NCBI GenBank assembly: GCA_964035545.1
Contig: OZ037766.1
Coordinates: 5,198,722-5,262,721 of the forward strand
Reading direction: 5' to 3'
DNA from: Bugula neritina
Lineage: Eukaryota; Animalia; Bryozoa
Length of the DNA: 64,000 bases
The translations under genes were made by a program, and so were the position numbers. Below, one piece after another: positions 13,501 through 28,500 of this stretch. Position 1 is the stretch's first letter, and the number at the start of each line of letters is the position of its first letter. The notes under the pieces are model-generated. The model was not told the origin of the DNA, made no database searches, and worked only from the letters and a program-made list of their open reading frames with translations.

Positions 13501-16500
13501 GTAAACTTATTGCTTCTTGTTATAGATGTTTCTGACTGCTGATTGGTTGACATTTCATTGTAGTGTTGATGTGTGCTGCAGTTAGTGCTGTTTCATAATG
13601 TTATTATTAGGTAGAGGTGAGGTAGGCTATAATAATTAGCTTGCTTTATCATCACTAAGTTATTGTTATCTAGTAAGGAGAAATACCGCTGTAATGTTTA
13701 GTTGACCCTAAAAGAAGACTAGCAAAATATAGTGATGAGTTCCTAGAGTAAATAGTTTAGTTTGAGTAATGTTGTGAGTGTTATAATCATGGAGTATTAT
13801 GAGGAACACAGGCAGCGAGGTTCTGGTAAGCTAACTTAAATTTTACCTCTTCAAAATTTTGTTTGAATAACTCCAAATATCTAGTTTTGATTTTTTGATT
13901 TAATGGTCAAAATAGAGGGAACTAATCTCAGGGCCAAATTTGATTTAAATTTTTAGAGAATTTTGTCAAGTCAAGGATTTGATTTAGTTTGATTTGTACC
14001 AGCAACGGGACTCGGACTGGTCATTCCCATTTTTCATTGTATTCAAAATCTAAAACAAATTTTAGTAGATGTGTTACAACTAAAACAATGTGTTATAACT
14101 TTAGGCTTTAATTGCCAGACCTAGTTTTTTGGCAAATTCATGGTTATGCAACAGCTTTTGGGCATAGAATGATTCCCATTTTAAAGATGCAGATAAATCT
14201 AAGAATTAAAAAAGCTTGAAAATGATTACTACAATAATAACGTCCATGTTATTTTCTACTGTTTTTGAAATAAAGGAAAAAATAAAGCAACATTATTTTT
14301 AAAATGTTGAATGTACATGGCAAGTTGTTGACTTAATTCGGTTGGACAACAACTAAAAAAATTTCGCTGCGAGTAGGGTTCGAACCTACGCGGGAAGATC
14401 CCAATGGATTTCAAGTCCATCGCCTTAACCACTCGGCCATCGCAGCTTGATGTACAACGATGGCAACAAACTGGAAAGGCTCGCATTCAAAAGGATTAGT
14501 TCCTCGCACGATTAGATAATGATGATTAATAGTGTTGTAATTTCTGTGCACATGCAAATAATATTATTGTAGTCACCAGTTATACCGTTATTATTTTTAT
14601 GGTGTTCTAACATATTACCATTTATAATTCTTCACACAACTTTAATACTTTTGGTGTAATGTATCTGCTGTTATAATAAGCAATGTTAAACACTGTACCC
14701 CAATAAATTTGGTTCAACTTTATTCCTATATACTTCAGTATAATAGTTAGGAGAGCTAAAGAAAAATAATGCTGAATAGCATTAGTATAATTAAGTGATC
14801 TTGTCAGGGATGCTTACAAAACTATCAGCTCATCAGCAGTATAAATCAGTTGGAAATCTGAGATGAAAGCGACTCTGGGTAGTTAGAGTTGTTTACATTT
14901 TGATAAATTATGATGTTAGTGGCCATATATCAGCAAAATATTAGCTGAATGCGAATGACATAGAAATGAGGGAAATAGTGGACGTGGATATTACACTGAA
15001 AGGCCCCTTAGCTGTTAATACTCTTCCTTTTATTGTTGTGAAAAACTTCGAATGTATCCAAGATATTTTCATTTAGAATACAAAATATATTTGTTTTATT
15101 TATATAATTGACTTTGCTAGTCATTTTTAAAACCCAAAGTTGGTACCAGATTTTATTATACTCAGCCACCTTGTGAAATTGCTAGTACCATTATGTAAGG
15201 TGGAAAGGCAGCGTCTAAAACCCTGCACATTGTAGGCTACTGTATCACAGATCTGTTTGTACACTATACTCCATGGCACCTTGGCTGTGTAATATCATAT
15301 CCATATCATTAGTAACTGCTTTTTCATGTATTCATTTGGTTTAAAAAACTCACATGTTTATGGAACATTCACTTGTAGATGTACGGGACAAAATTCAGAC
15401 TAAGACTTTCACTAAGTGGGTGAACAAGCATCTTAAAAAGGTGAGCTATAAGTACCAACACTGTACTGACTCATTCATGATAGGAGTCTGTACTAAACTG
15501 ACAGTAGACTAGTACAAGTACTTGCCACCTCATTTCACTTGACCTTGGCAGCTGCTGCCGCCTATTCTTGCTGCAAATATGTGGTCAGTAATTGACATTT
15601 GATGAGATACTTAAATACTCTCACCATAATGCAGTTGTTATGATTTCTGGTGTGAAGTATTACTCAATAGCAGTGCTACATAACATAGCTGAGTGTTTTA
15701 TTACCTACTGAGTATTAGTATAGGCTACACAGGCATACATACAGGTCTGTAAGAAATAAAAATTGAGTATACAATGCTATAGCAATATATATAGTTCTCA
15801 CTTCATGTTTATAGCTTTTCCTGTGTGCATCTTTCACGTTTCTATGCATCATAATATAACAAATCACACATATAGAATATATTGTATATAATATGATATA
15901 TAATATATATTTTATTTTATATAATATATAATGTAGCATTATATACGATATATAATGTTATAGATAATATATAACATCATATATAATATATTATATACAT
16001 ATATAAAATAAAATATATTATATCATATACAAAATATTATATACAATAGATATTCTATTATATGTAATATAATATATATAATACTACATTATATATAATA
16101 TGATATATATTATATGTAATATGATGTATTATATATAGTATTATACATGATATAATAAGTATAATGTGACAAAAAACAACCTGTGAGAAAGGTTCTATTT
16201 CTAGTCAATATTTTTGCATCTTATTATGATATTGATATAATAACACAGGAAATACTGTTGTAGCGTCAGCAGTCCATACAGGATATGTTTGAGGACTTCA
16301 GAGATGGTACTAAGCTACTCACCCTCCTGGAAACTCTCACCTCTCAAATATTGGTAATTCTCTCTGACACTCTTGTTGGTAGTTGTCTACACTTTGAATG
16401 GTTCTAGTATGCTTACACGTATAGGTTTGTTATGTGATAGGGATTATTTTTGCAGTAGTGTAGTAGTGAATTTATTACTTTTGTTGTGTAAAAGCACGTT

Positions 16501-19500
16501 ATAAACCATAATATGATAAATTAGCAAAATGAAAAAAGCTGTATTAAAGTAGCATAAGTGAAATAGTTAGAGAATTTAAATCATTTTAGCTGCTATGGTA
16601 TTTTTGATAAAGAATTGTCTAGCTCCAGCATTTCATGTGAAATTGGATAAGATATGTTAAAGTTTATTGAATAAGTTGCCCTTAAACAGGCATGTGTTAT
16701 TCTGCTTTTTTAGCCAAGAGAAAGGGGACGACTCCGGTTCCATCGACTGCAGAATATAAAGGGTGCTCTAGACTTTCTCTCCTTCCAAAGTGTAAAGCTG
16801 GTGAATATTCACCCTGAAGAGATAGCTGATGGGAACCCAAAGATTACCTTGGGGCTAATCTGGGTCATCATTTTGAAGTTCCAGGTATGTAGGCTCTGTG
16901 GCCTGTGGCCTGTGGCCCAGCTTTATAAGGAAAGCTCCAGTGGCCCAGCTTTATAAAGCTTTAGTGGTCCAGCTTTATCAGGCTGATAAGATTGCAGTTG
17001 TTATTTTTATAAATAACACCAACTCACAATAAAAATTTACCTTCATGGACTTTAAGGCCATCACATATTACATAAGTGGAAGCTGGAGTTGCAGCTTTGA
17101 GTTGGCCAATTTAATTTGTTATACAAGAATAAACAAATAAGGTTGAGAGATTATTGATGGAAACACTTTTTTAACTAAAAATATTACATAAACTTAAAAT
17201 TTAATTACTAACCATTAAATCTACTTTCAAGGAAACCTTTCACTGCCAATTCTCAACCTCTGAGGTATTAGAAACTGTGGCACAATTTTTCATCAAATTA
17301 CAAACTGCAAATAAAATATACTTTATGTTGAGTGTTAAAAATGAAAATAAGACCCATCTCTTGAATATTGGTGAAATGATTACCTACATATACAATGAAT
17401 GACTAAAACTTATAATTACATGTAATTATAAGTTAAGAACTTATAATCATTGAGAGTTTAGTAAAAGTTTCCAATTATATTTCACCACATCAAAGTGTAA
17501 CTTAGGGTAGGTGATCAGATTTTGTAAGGTCAAGTGTGTGCCATTCTCTATCACGCTATGACAGTGTTACCATTTAGATATAATACTCTGATATCATGAT
17601 TGCATAGTGAGATACTGTAGCAGTTGTATTATTCCAAAAAACTTGATATAATGTATTGTGTGGATTGAGCTGTAATGGAGTTGTCTAACCTTTATTTTCA
17701 TATAAATTACTGTAATAAACATGCACTGTAGATACTATTGTTTTATTATTACAGTTACATAAGGTAAACCACTATTATTTATAGTATTGCTTCCATAGTG
17801 CCTATACACTCAGACACTACTCAGTTATACAAATTGCCATGCCAGCTTCAAACGCCTCATTTTATAGTTCTCTCTATATTGCAGTTGCTTTTGCACTAGC
17901 TTAAACCAATACTTTGCAGGTGAAAGTTTTTAGGTTAAACCTTCAAAGTTTTACTACTCCTATTTAGCATATACAGCATTTCCTACAAGAAAGGTGGTTT
18001 TACTTTTAAGTTGCTTGTTTTAAAATTAATTTAAATGTATTGCGATTAATTAGAGCTTCAATTTGCATCACAAAGAAGCTGAATATGCAGCATGCTCTAT
18101 ATATAAACTCGCTGCATAAAATCAAAGTACTAATACGAGGGATTACTTATAATGCCCGAGTCTCATTTAGGCTTCTGTCAATAATAAACTCATATATGTT
18201 TTTAAAGTATCTGTCCCTGTAAGAACCCCTGATGATGGGTTTTCCAAGCAGGCTAAGGATTTGTTTTCTATTGTGTGGCAAAGAAGCAATTATAATTGAA
18301 TGCCCTTCCTAACATTGTAGAGACAACATAGGCTTCTGTCAATAATACAGAGATATTATTACCATTTGTTTTACTAATATTTCTTATGAATTATGTGGTA
18401 TTTTATATTTGACAACCTAACTAGTATATATTAGTTTAATGAGTTAATTTTGCAACTAGATTCTTGAGCTGATGATAAACTTATAGAAATTGCTTTTAAA
18501 GTCCTAAAACAGGGCTGTCCAACAGGCGGCCCTAGGGCCAGATGTGGCCCCCAGCCTACATTTATGTGGCCCTGGAAGGCATAAAGCTAAAATAATTTTT
18601 CACCGTTTACATGAATTAAAGTGAAAAGCCACCTTTTAAATGCCTTATTTATACAAATAACACAAAAAATGCAGCTGGCAGTAACTATTGAGACTTAATT
18701 GTGTAATGATTCATAAAGTTTTGGAATAAAGTAGTTTGAAAAATACTGATTCTGTGGCCCCCAGCACAAGCTGAAGCTGATAACAATGTGGCCCTCACTA
18801 TGAAATATTTCATTTCTGTGGCCCTCGGTTTGAAAAGGTTGGACACCCTTGTCCTAAAAGTTTCAAATTAGCCAAGATAGAATGCTATACTGTTAGTATG
18901 GGCAATTTACATAAGTTTTGGTCTATAATTGGTCACTAACATCATCTAACATTGTAGCAAACTAAGCAAATTGGTTACCACAGCTATAATTATTACCTGT
19001 TTAGGAGTTGTCTTCTATATTCGTTTAGTGTTGGGCATTACAACTGACCGTATTGTGGTTTTATGAATATGCAATGTTTATTAATGGTAAAAGATTCAGC
19101 TATATTTGGTTGTGGTTGTTTTGTTTACCATTACAGACTTGGCTTACAGGATTTCGACTGCATGTTGTCATATGATATGTGAATAGGTTGGCAGTGTTTA
19201 CTGTGAGACTGTATTTATAGTTTTTGTTTACAGCTGAATATATGGCATAATGGCTGTAAAATATTAGTTCTAGTGTATAGTATATAAACTATAATAATTG
19301 ACATTAGCAAGGGTCTTCCTAATTACACACTTGAAGTTTGTGGTATGTCTTATATACACTCTCAGAGTAACATGGTACAGGAAGACCTGCTGTAAGTGTC
19401 CTTAAATGTGCCAAAGATAAGCTTTGTTCATATCATTTACCTAGTCATTAATCTTAGACTCAGTTTCATGAATGGCTTAGCCACCAGACATACTTATGCA

Positions 19501-22500
19501 GTGTGAAGGCAGTTACCGTGGAAACTAATGGTTTTCAAGGTGAAAGTCTAAACAAGTGTTTTGTTGGGTTGGAGCTCAGGTGCTTAACTTAATCTTAAGT
19601 AAATATATTTCAATCTGACAACAATCTGATAGGAGTTATTTACACAAACCAGTACACCCTGAGTGGCGTTGGTGAGCTACTGATCTGTAAGTTCCGTCAA
19701 GGTATTTTACTTGTTGCTTTTTTTATTGAAAGTTATTCGGCTGGACAATAGAATTAATTTCGTGTTACTTTTCATTGGATGCGTTCAAGTGAAATGTGCA
19801 GTCATGCTTTACGCTATACTATAGAACTCATTGTACTGACAATAACTGGTGAATCAGTAATAGTATTTGTGCGATCAGCAAGGATTGGTTGCAATTAATC
19901 AGGAGCAGCATAGAGCATCACTTACTCATAGCTAAGCTTATCTCATAGCTTGCTATTTGCTGCCAGAAATACAACTTCGTTTACTCCGGAATAACCAGTT
20001 CACTGGAAACTAAATATTCAAGTTACAACTTCAAAGTAATAGCCACAAGTTGACTGTTTGCACAGCTCTTGCTCGAATCACTAAACACAAGTGGCTGCCG
20101 TTCAACCTGCTACATTCTAGTGTCTATCGGAATGCTAAGGATTTATTGCATCACTTTCGAGACGTAAACACGAGAGATGGCAGCGTCAGCGTCTTCTTCC
20201 ATGTATAAAATTGAGAAAAAAGACAAGCGGCTGTTTGTTAATGCTGGAGCTTCTCTCCGAGGGTTGTTTACTCGAAGGTCCAAGAGGTCTAAGAAGAAGA
20301 GTATTGATGAAGGACAGGTGGGTGTGACTGCTTGTTGTTGAGCAGGATATGTGCATGTGACTGTGTGACGCGTAAGTCTGGTAGAAATATGTCCTAGTGT
20401 ACTTTGTGACATGTGACTGTAGATTCAATAAAAAAGCATCATATTCGATATCAGGTAGTCTGGATTTATCAATGTCTGTCTTTATGCTGTTAGGAAAGTT
20501 TCTGCAAGGATTAAGATTTTGATTCATCAACTACTGTTTCATAGACGCTATTTGCTCCAATATCATTTCAATTCTGTCACTTCAGCTTTCAGTTGGGTTC
20601 TACTCTCTTAGATGCCTATAGACATATTGGACACATAGCAGACGTCTGTAGACACATAATAGACACCTGTAAACATATTAGATACCTGTAGACACATAGT
20701 AAACACCTGTGGACACATATTAGACACCTGTAGACACACATTAGATACTTGTTGACACATTTATGTTGATGTGTTGATCTCAGTTTGCTGTATGACTTAT
20801 TGTCACACAAATTGATGACTAAAACCTTCCTCAGTATTTGATACAAGGTGAATAGTTAAATGAATAAGTTATTCCAGTCCATCACTTCAGTATTTACAAG
20901 TAGATTAAACTATTTCACTTTCACAAGTATTTGTACTACAGAACCTTGATCCCTGCAGGCTATAATGGGCGTGTAATGCTCACTCTTGCAATGAAATTTT
21001 GTTAACATTCAACAACATTTTCGAAGTGCTAGTCACTAAGATAATAGAATATTATGTTTGTAGTATCTAGCCAGCCCACTGAGCTAGAGATAGCTGGCTT
21101 CTACTTTTGCTCTCGGTATAGTACTTTGTAATATATTAGTGGGAATCTAATATGATATCTATCTAGACTTGTATATGTGGTTGTTTATATTATCATACCC
21201 TGGATTCGTTGACAAATATTCAGAAAATTATAAAAAATATGTAGAACATGCTTCCTGTTTTGATGGCTTAGGGTGACACTAGCCCATAATCTGACGTTCT
21301 GTGTGTTGTTTATGGTTGGTGTGTATTAGCTACCAAACATGTTTTAGTAGCTGGAAATAAACAAAGTTGGTATAAACAGCCAAAGCCTCGGTTAGTTCAG
21401 CTGCAGCTGTCTTAGCTAATTAGCTTAAACCTGGAGTTACTGTTACCTTTTAGCAAAATTCACCTGTAAGCCACCTGGTAGAAAAGGTGAACTGTAGTAG
21501 TAGGTGTTGAGTAGCTTTCACGTAATATTTTCATAACTTGATTGTTCCAGGATGATATATTTATTACAAATAGCTTTTTAATATGCAAAAGAATTTGCCT
21601 CTTTTTACTTATTTAAAAACAGTATGTGCAGTTAACAGATTAGCTAAACTTAGGGAGGAGATGAACTTAGTCCTGTAAACAGACCAAGTTGAGCAATCTG
21701 TAGTCTAAGTCGACAGATGAGTAGATAATCTTTCAGCTGATAAGTTCAGGTGTAACCAAAGTTTTATGGTCATTACTTAATGTTTACACTTCATGTTTGT
21801 GGTAACTGGTATATGCTGAGGAAACACCAGCTTGACCAGTAAAAGAAATAAAACAGAACACTTTGAATGATTTGATTTGGGCAGTTCCATTCCAATGCAA
21901 ATATTTAGTGTGAATAGAAATGACACTTTTACTAGAAAACTTTCAACATTCCAATCCACTTGCTGTGGGATATACTATCTGCAGTACACAGAGCTTGTCA
22001 TTTGTATGTCTTTAATTAACCTGTAGAAAACACTTTATTCCGGCAGCCTAGGGTCAGCCTAAGTTCTAATGTGCAAAACTAACCATGGCTGATGCTAGAC
22101 TCAGTTGTGTTGCTGTACAATGCTAAGTGTACAGGTGCAAGTCATAGTTGCTACTACTTCCATTCAGTAAATCTAGTGATTAGATGTTGGAGTTTTACAT
22201 AAAATAACTTCATTTAGATTCATAATCCTACTAATTTGTGATCTTCTGTAACCTACTGTTGGGAATTTGCCACACTACAAGCATATGTGATGATTCAATG
22301 GTAATACCTCCCAAGTTAGTAGGTGGATTGGTTGTGAATGATGGGTAGAAAAAGGCATATTTATACCATTTCTTCAGCAATATTGCTGTCTGCAATGCGG
22401 CTGAAGTTTCCAACTAGATAGTTTCAACAGGCTGATAAAACACACATGCATGTTTCAAAATAGAACCTGGATTTCTACTAACTAAATATCAAAGTAAACA

Positions 22501-25500
22501 TGAAATTAATTACAATTCTGTGTAGCAAATGCTGCTACAGATTAGGTGAATAGCTGTATTTGTTCACCCATTATGTTATCCTACACTACTTGTTCTTTCA
22601 ATTAAATAATTTGTACACTTTACTACCTGAGCAGTGTTAGGTGTATTGAGACACCTTTCTAGTATCTGAGTAGCATACTTTCACTTGCATTGTATACTTA
22701 CACTATACATATACACTGTAAATCTATACTCTACATGTCACATGAACCAACTTTAGAGTAATTACCATAATATGTCAGTCTCTCTACTTATTCTGTTCTA
22801 CTTATTCTGTTATCCATCACTGAGCATGTATTTTACCTGTTGAATGCTTTTAAGCACCATTTTTGCTAACGTACAGTTTTGAGGTTTAAATCTTTAATTA
22901 TGGGTTTAGCTTTCATATTGAACTAGGAAATAGAAAACTTAAATACTAAATCTAGTAAGTAGTGTCTTTCTGTTTTGCTATTAATCTGAAGCTAGTCTGA
23001 CTATTAACCAGCTCCACCTGTACTTCAACTACTAGCAGGTTAGAAAAACACGCTAAATGTTACAATAATAAATAGTTGCGCTAATAAAAAGTATTGGCCT
23101 TCTATTGTGGAATGTTTAGCATAAATTAGGTGCAAAGTAGCTACTTCCACTGAGATGTTGAATGAACCTTCCTTGAGGAAGCTTGTGGTATTTATACTAG
23201 TTGTCTTGTAATAACATACTTTTTATAATGGGGTTTAGGATGTAGGCTGCATGTGTGGCATGTAGCAACAGGTGTGGCATGTAGCAACAGGTGTGACAAC
23301 ATAGCTCTGGTACTCCTAGGTGAGAGCGATAGTGTCAGATTAGCTTATGTTTCTAGTTGTTGGTTCAGAAAAAACTGATAAGATGGTAGAGTTGTTGGCT
23401 GTTTTTGGTATACTCCATGAAAAAGAATGGGGACACACATCCATTACATGTCACACTAAACTCTTTATAAAGTAAGAAATCCTTAGTATTTAGTTGAGCT
23501 CAAAGTTGAATTGTTAGTTCAAGTTGGGTAGATAACTTCCTTTGATATAATATTTAATTTTTTTCTAAAAGTAGTTTACTAAAAGCATCTTATTACAGCA
23601 TTTTGAAGACTGAGGAAGGGTGGGGTAGAAATAGCTGGGATACTTGAATGGCTAGCTTTAGGTTCATCTCTGGTGGAGATTTTTAAGCATATCCTGCATA
23701 ATTCACATGTATAAAAAGGGGAGGATAGGATTTGGGGCTTTGAATTTGTAGTTTATTTTAGTATAGAAAAAGGGCTGGAAATGTCAGACACTGCCGAACT
23801 TGTAGAAATTAGCAACTACTTGCAGGAATAGCTTATATCCAAAATAACTGCTGAAAACTTGAATAGCAGGCAATTAGCTTAGTTGTCATAGCTGATAGCA
23901 GATTAAAAATTTAGTGAGTTTTGTTTTTACGAGTTCCTTCAGCTCATCACTGCTTTCATTGAGCAGTGTATTTCAGCTCTCAATTGCAGGATCTGTTCGA
24001 AAGAGGGAATCTTATCACCTTATTGAACTCAAAGCCAATCCCATCAATGAATCACTCAGTATAATACTCATTGCTGATCATATGGGAGTTATCAGCCTTC
24101 TGAATTATCTGTTGAGCGACACAAGCAACTCGTTCTATAAGCAGCTCCGAGTTGAGAGTGACTGAGTGCAGTTGTTTGGGATTGTTGAGTGTAGAGTTGA
24201 AGGCTCCAAGTTCCAAACTCAAGAACCCGGAAACTACTGCACTCAGTCACCCCCAACTCGGAGCTGCTTATAGAACGATTAAACACAAGCGCTTCAGCTT
24301 TCATTAGTGCTAGTAGAGATTTTACTGAAATATAATTCTAGTACATGGATGTTCCTTGTGTGGTCATTGGGTTGCTATGTTCACAAACTTGATCAATTCT
24401 GACATTTTTGACTAGGTGTTGGTAACTAGGCAACCAATTATCATGTCTTGTAATGAGGTAGTCCCCAGTATTTTCATTCATCTGTACATTAATCTATATT
24501 TGAGGAACTGAAACTCTATTCATCATAAAAGTGTAGAGTAGCCCAGAAATTGTATTCTCCCAACATGTAGTAAAAGACATACCCTTGCTAATGGCACTGT
24601 GAAAACACGATATTTGATTGCCCAATAAATTATAGCCACTGTGGAACATTTTCCTACTTGAACATGTTGTCTATGAGAAGCATCACGTACTATACAATGA
24701 ATGCATCATTGCTCTAATAATGCAGTGAATGGGTGGTAATAGTAGTAGTATCTATCAAGTTATAATAGCATCAGCATTGTAGGCTATACTTGACAAACAG
24801 TGTCTATTTTTTAGTTTGTTTAGCCTTCATTTCTGTGGTTTTCAAATTCATAAGATAATATCTTCTGCAAATTTTAATTTAGAGTATCAAGATAGCCACA
24901 GTTGGTGATTGGCTGCTATTGTTTTGGCTTGTTATAGTCAGTGTGTACATTCATTATTATCCTGTGGAAATTATCCTGCAGGAGTTTAGCTTAATGGACT
25001 AAATTCTCCTATCTAAGCAGATATTGTGAAAGCTGGATAGAAACTAATCTTCCGGCAAGCAGTTTTTAGCTAAATGATAGATTTCTTGTTAATATTAGTT
25101 GAAATAATATTTAAATAGAGTTCTGCTGTGTGCTATACATTGTAAATAGCAACTTTTATTGATATTTCGGTTTTAAGAGTTGTTTATCCATGAAAATATG
25201 TAAACTATATTACAGCTTACAGCTTACTTTCACTGTAATGTATTTATTTCAATACATCTACAACAAGTTGTCCTCTCTTGATGTAACATTCTTGGTCAAC
25301 ACATTAATTTGCTATAATTTATTCTCGAATTGCCTTTATTGAGTAACAAGACTGTTCATAGAAATGAATTGACATGAAACAGTTAGTAAGCTATCAGGTT
25401 ATATATTAACTGTGTAAACTGACTCTGCCTTTATTCCTTTCAATAAGGAGGGGAATTTATTATTTTATTACCAACAATGATTATATTCAGCTGCGCAATG

Positions 25501-28500
25501 GAATATGGCTTTTAAGTAGCCCTAAGTGCTTGTTGAAATTTGTTTTATAGCCTAATCTTATCTATAAATTATTCATATATATATTATTTCCCTCAACAAC
25601 ATCTACATTTGAGTATTTTGAAGTTATCTCCCCTTTATTTGAATTGAGTTTTTCTCAACAGTTGGTGTTCTTGCCATAGATTGAATCATATCTAAATGGC
25701 AAATACGTACACATATTATATTATATTAACTGAATACTCAATAGCTTACTTGTAAAACATAATATAATAATATGCTGTTATATGTCTAGCTACCGAATTG
25801 TCAGTTGTTTTTCCAGTCTACCTTAAAGTAAAATAAAACATGCTGCCCCACCTAATACTAGGTGGGAGGCATGTTCTGATATATCTGCATGCATATTTCA
25901 GAAGAATATGCCGGTCAAACCGGCATAACTATTATTTTATTTCATTTTTTATCTAGAACCTATTGTTTTGGTTGATATAACTTTTGTCATGTTTTTTTTG
26001 TACTGACATACATGCTACAGAGTATAGAGTAGTACATGATCCATTCACTGCATAATGAGTCTAAAATGTGTATATTATTTGTTTTCGAATTTGACTTAAT
26101 ATTAAATTTCAGTTATTATTTGGTATTCAGTGTTTGATGTTAATCGGCGCCACTGGCTAATCAATAATAAGCACAAATAATAAATTCCTTTGACTTGTAA
26201 TTGCTATAAAGTAAAATCATTCTTAGTATTTGCTTAAGATGGTTGATGAGGTAAAAGTCCGTATAACTAACTGGTCCCCAAGGAGTGTACAGGAGTAACT
26301 GTAGAAATTGAACTCTACTGACTAGAGTAAATAAACTGAATGTTATATTATTCTCTCTGTTAATGAACCAAATGCTGGCTGCCAGTTGTTCTGCAGCTGC
26401 AAAGGAAAATAATTAAAATAACTAACAATAGCCTTTTACAAGTGAAGTCATTGAGCCTTTTCAACTCCTAAGACTAATTTATTCTAACTGCGTTTTTCTG
26501 GTTGCATAAACCTTTTCATTCAATGATTTCAGTAAACCATATAGCATTGTTTTAATGAATTAGCTAACCGGCCTGAGCAGTGATTGGATAAAGTTGCTGT
26601 CGTATTAATATTCCCAGCACAATCACTACTATCGTGACTTTGACGCGGTACATTTTGTGTTATTGTTGACAATGGCACTCTGCATTGTAATTGGTCAGTA
26701 TCGTAGCAATTCCGCCAATAAAGTCGGTTTAACGCATAACCCGCCAGTTGCCATGTGGCTATTGAAGTGTGAAATTCCAATCAATCGCAGCTATTATTAT
26801 TAGCTGTAAATTATTGTTCATTCAACGCTACACTTTCGCTTAGTATTGCTTGCAGCAGTTGCACATAGCCAAGCAGTGTGTGGGAGAATTGCGAGAGAAT
26901 TATTTAATTATTGCAAGTATAGCTACTGCATAGAAGCAGCGAGTTTTGTTAGGAGTTGATCAAGTAATATTGTTCTGTGATTATCTCTTAGCATACTTAA
27001 TTCTGTCAGCAACTAGAAAGTAGTTAGTTTTAAGTTGAGTTTCAAGTTGGAAAGATATGAGCCGAGGTTGCTTGTGTCACCACCACAGATAGAATGTTCA
27101 GCTGTGCTGGGTGTAGAAGTAAGAAAAAAAAGAAAGCGGATAAAAATAAGACTCCTAAAGACAAAGCTAAAAGTAAAAAGAATGCAGAGGTTTGACTAAT
27201 TTTTTATAAAGTTTTTGTTTTTGATACTCAACTATATTAAATTACATTTTATCAAAATATACCCAGTCCTTTTGTCTTACTAGTGATAGACAACTCCTAA
27301 ATATAATGTAAATTATCATTCTGTCCCCCCCCTAACTTCACTGTTGATATAAATTTTGTAAGGATTAACTATTCTAAGTCCACATCCGAGCTGTTTCAAT
27401 AGCCTAAGTTCTTTTATTTAGTTGTGTGATTCATGGCCTGGCAAACGAAATTAGAAATCCAACACCCTTAGCCTTATGTTCCACACGTTTATTACGGTAG
27501 TATTGCTTTGAATTAGTCTAAGCTCTAAGGCAGCACAGGACTAGGTCTGCCCCCCTCCCCTTTGATTTGCTAGACCAACAGTCATAGTGACTTGACTGAA
27601 ACGTGTGAAAGTGGCTAAAAGCAGCGCCAAGTTGGTAGTCACTAAATGCAGCAGTTTGAGACACTTTATTTTGGAATTGACTTTGAACCCCTCAAACTAC
27701 TGCACTCGGTGACCACCAACTCGATGCTGCTTTTAGCAACTTTCGAACTTTGTACACTCAGTTATATTCAACCACAGCACTGTATGCAGTAATCAATCTA
27801 TACTCAGTTGATGGACTCGTGCTGCTAGTAACTTGTTTTTAAAAGTTCAAGAGCCTCGAATGTTAGTTGAGTGGTGAATAGCTGATGTGAAGAGGGGGGA
27901 GTGAGGCATTCGGTTGAGGCAATCTCCCTAATTACTCTTGTGTGACAGGCCTGATAAGTGGAGAGTGTGTCGGCTGGAATGCTAACTCACTCTATACTAC
28001 TACTAACACGATTACTAGTTCTCAGTGAGTAGGACAATAATCTCCCCACAACTAAACAAATTAATCAATGGAAAAGTTTATATAGAGGTATATCAAGTGT
28101 GTATTCCCCAACCTCTGATAGCTTTACAAAAACCCTATTATAAGTCTTCTAAGCCACAGTAGCTCGGCTATTATAATTCTGGAAATATGCCGTTAAAGGT
28201 TCTTTTATGTTTCAAAGCCAATTTTTATTTTTATAGGTTTTATATAAATAGAGCAAATTAACTAAGCAAATCTTGTATAAAAAATGGGAGCTAAAATAGT
28301 ACAAATTTGTCCATTATCTGTGTGTGTGCACTAGTAAAACAATGGACTCAAATAAGATTTGTCTATTTAGAAAATGCTGGTATCAAAGTCCTGTATGTCA
28401 TGATAAACAAAAACAACCATGTAGTGTGTGTTATACAGTTATAGTAGTGTATATAGTCAAGTGTATATAATATATATATAGTGTAATTATGTAGTATAGT

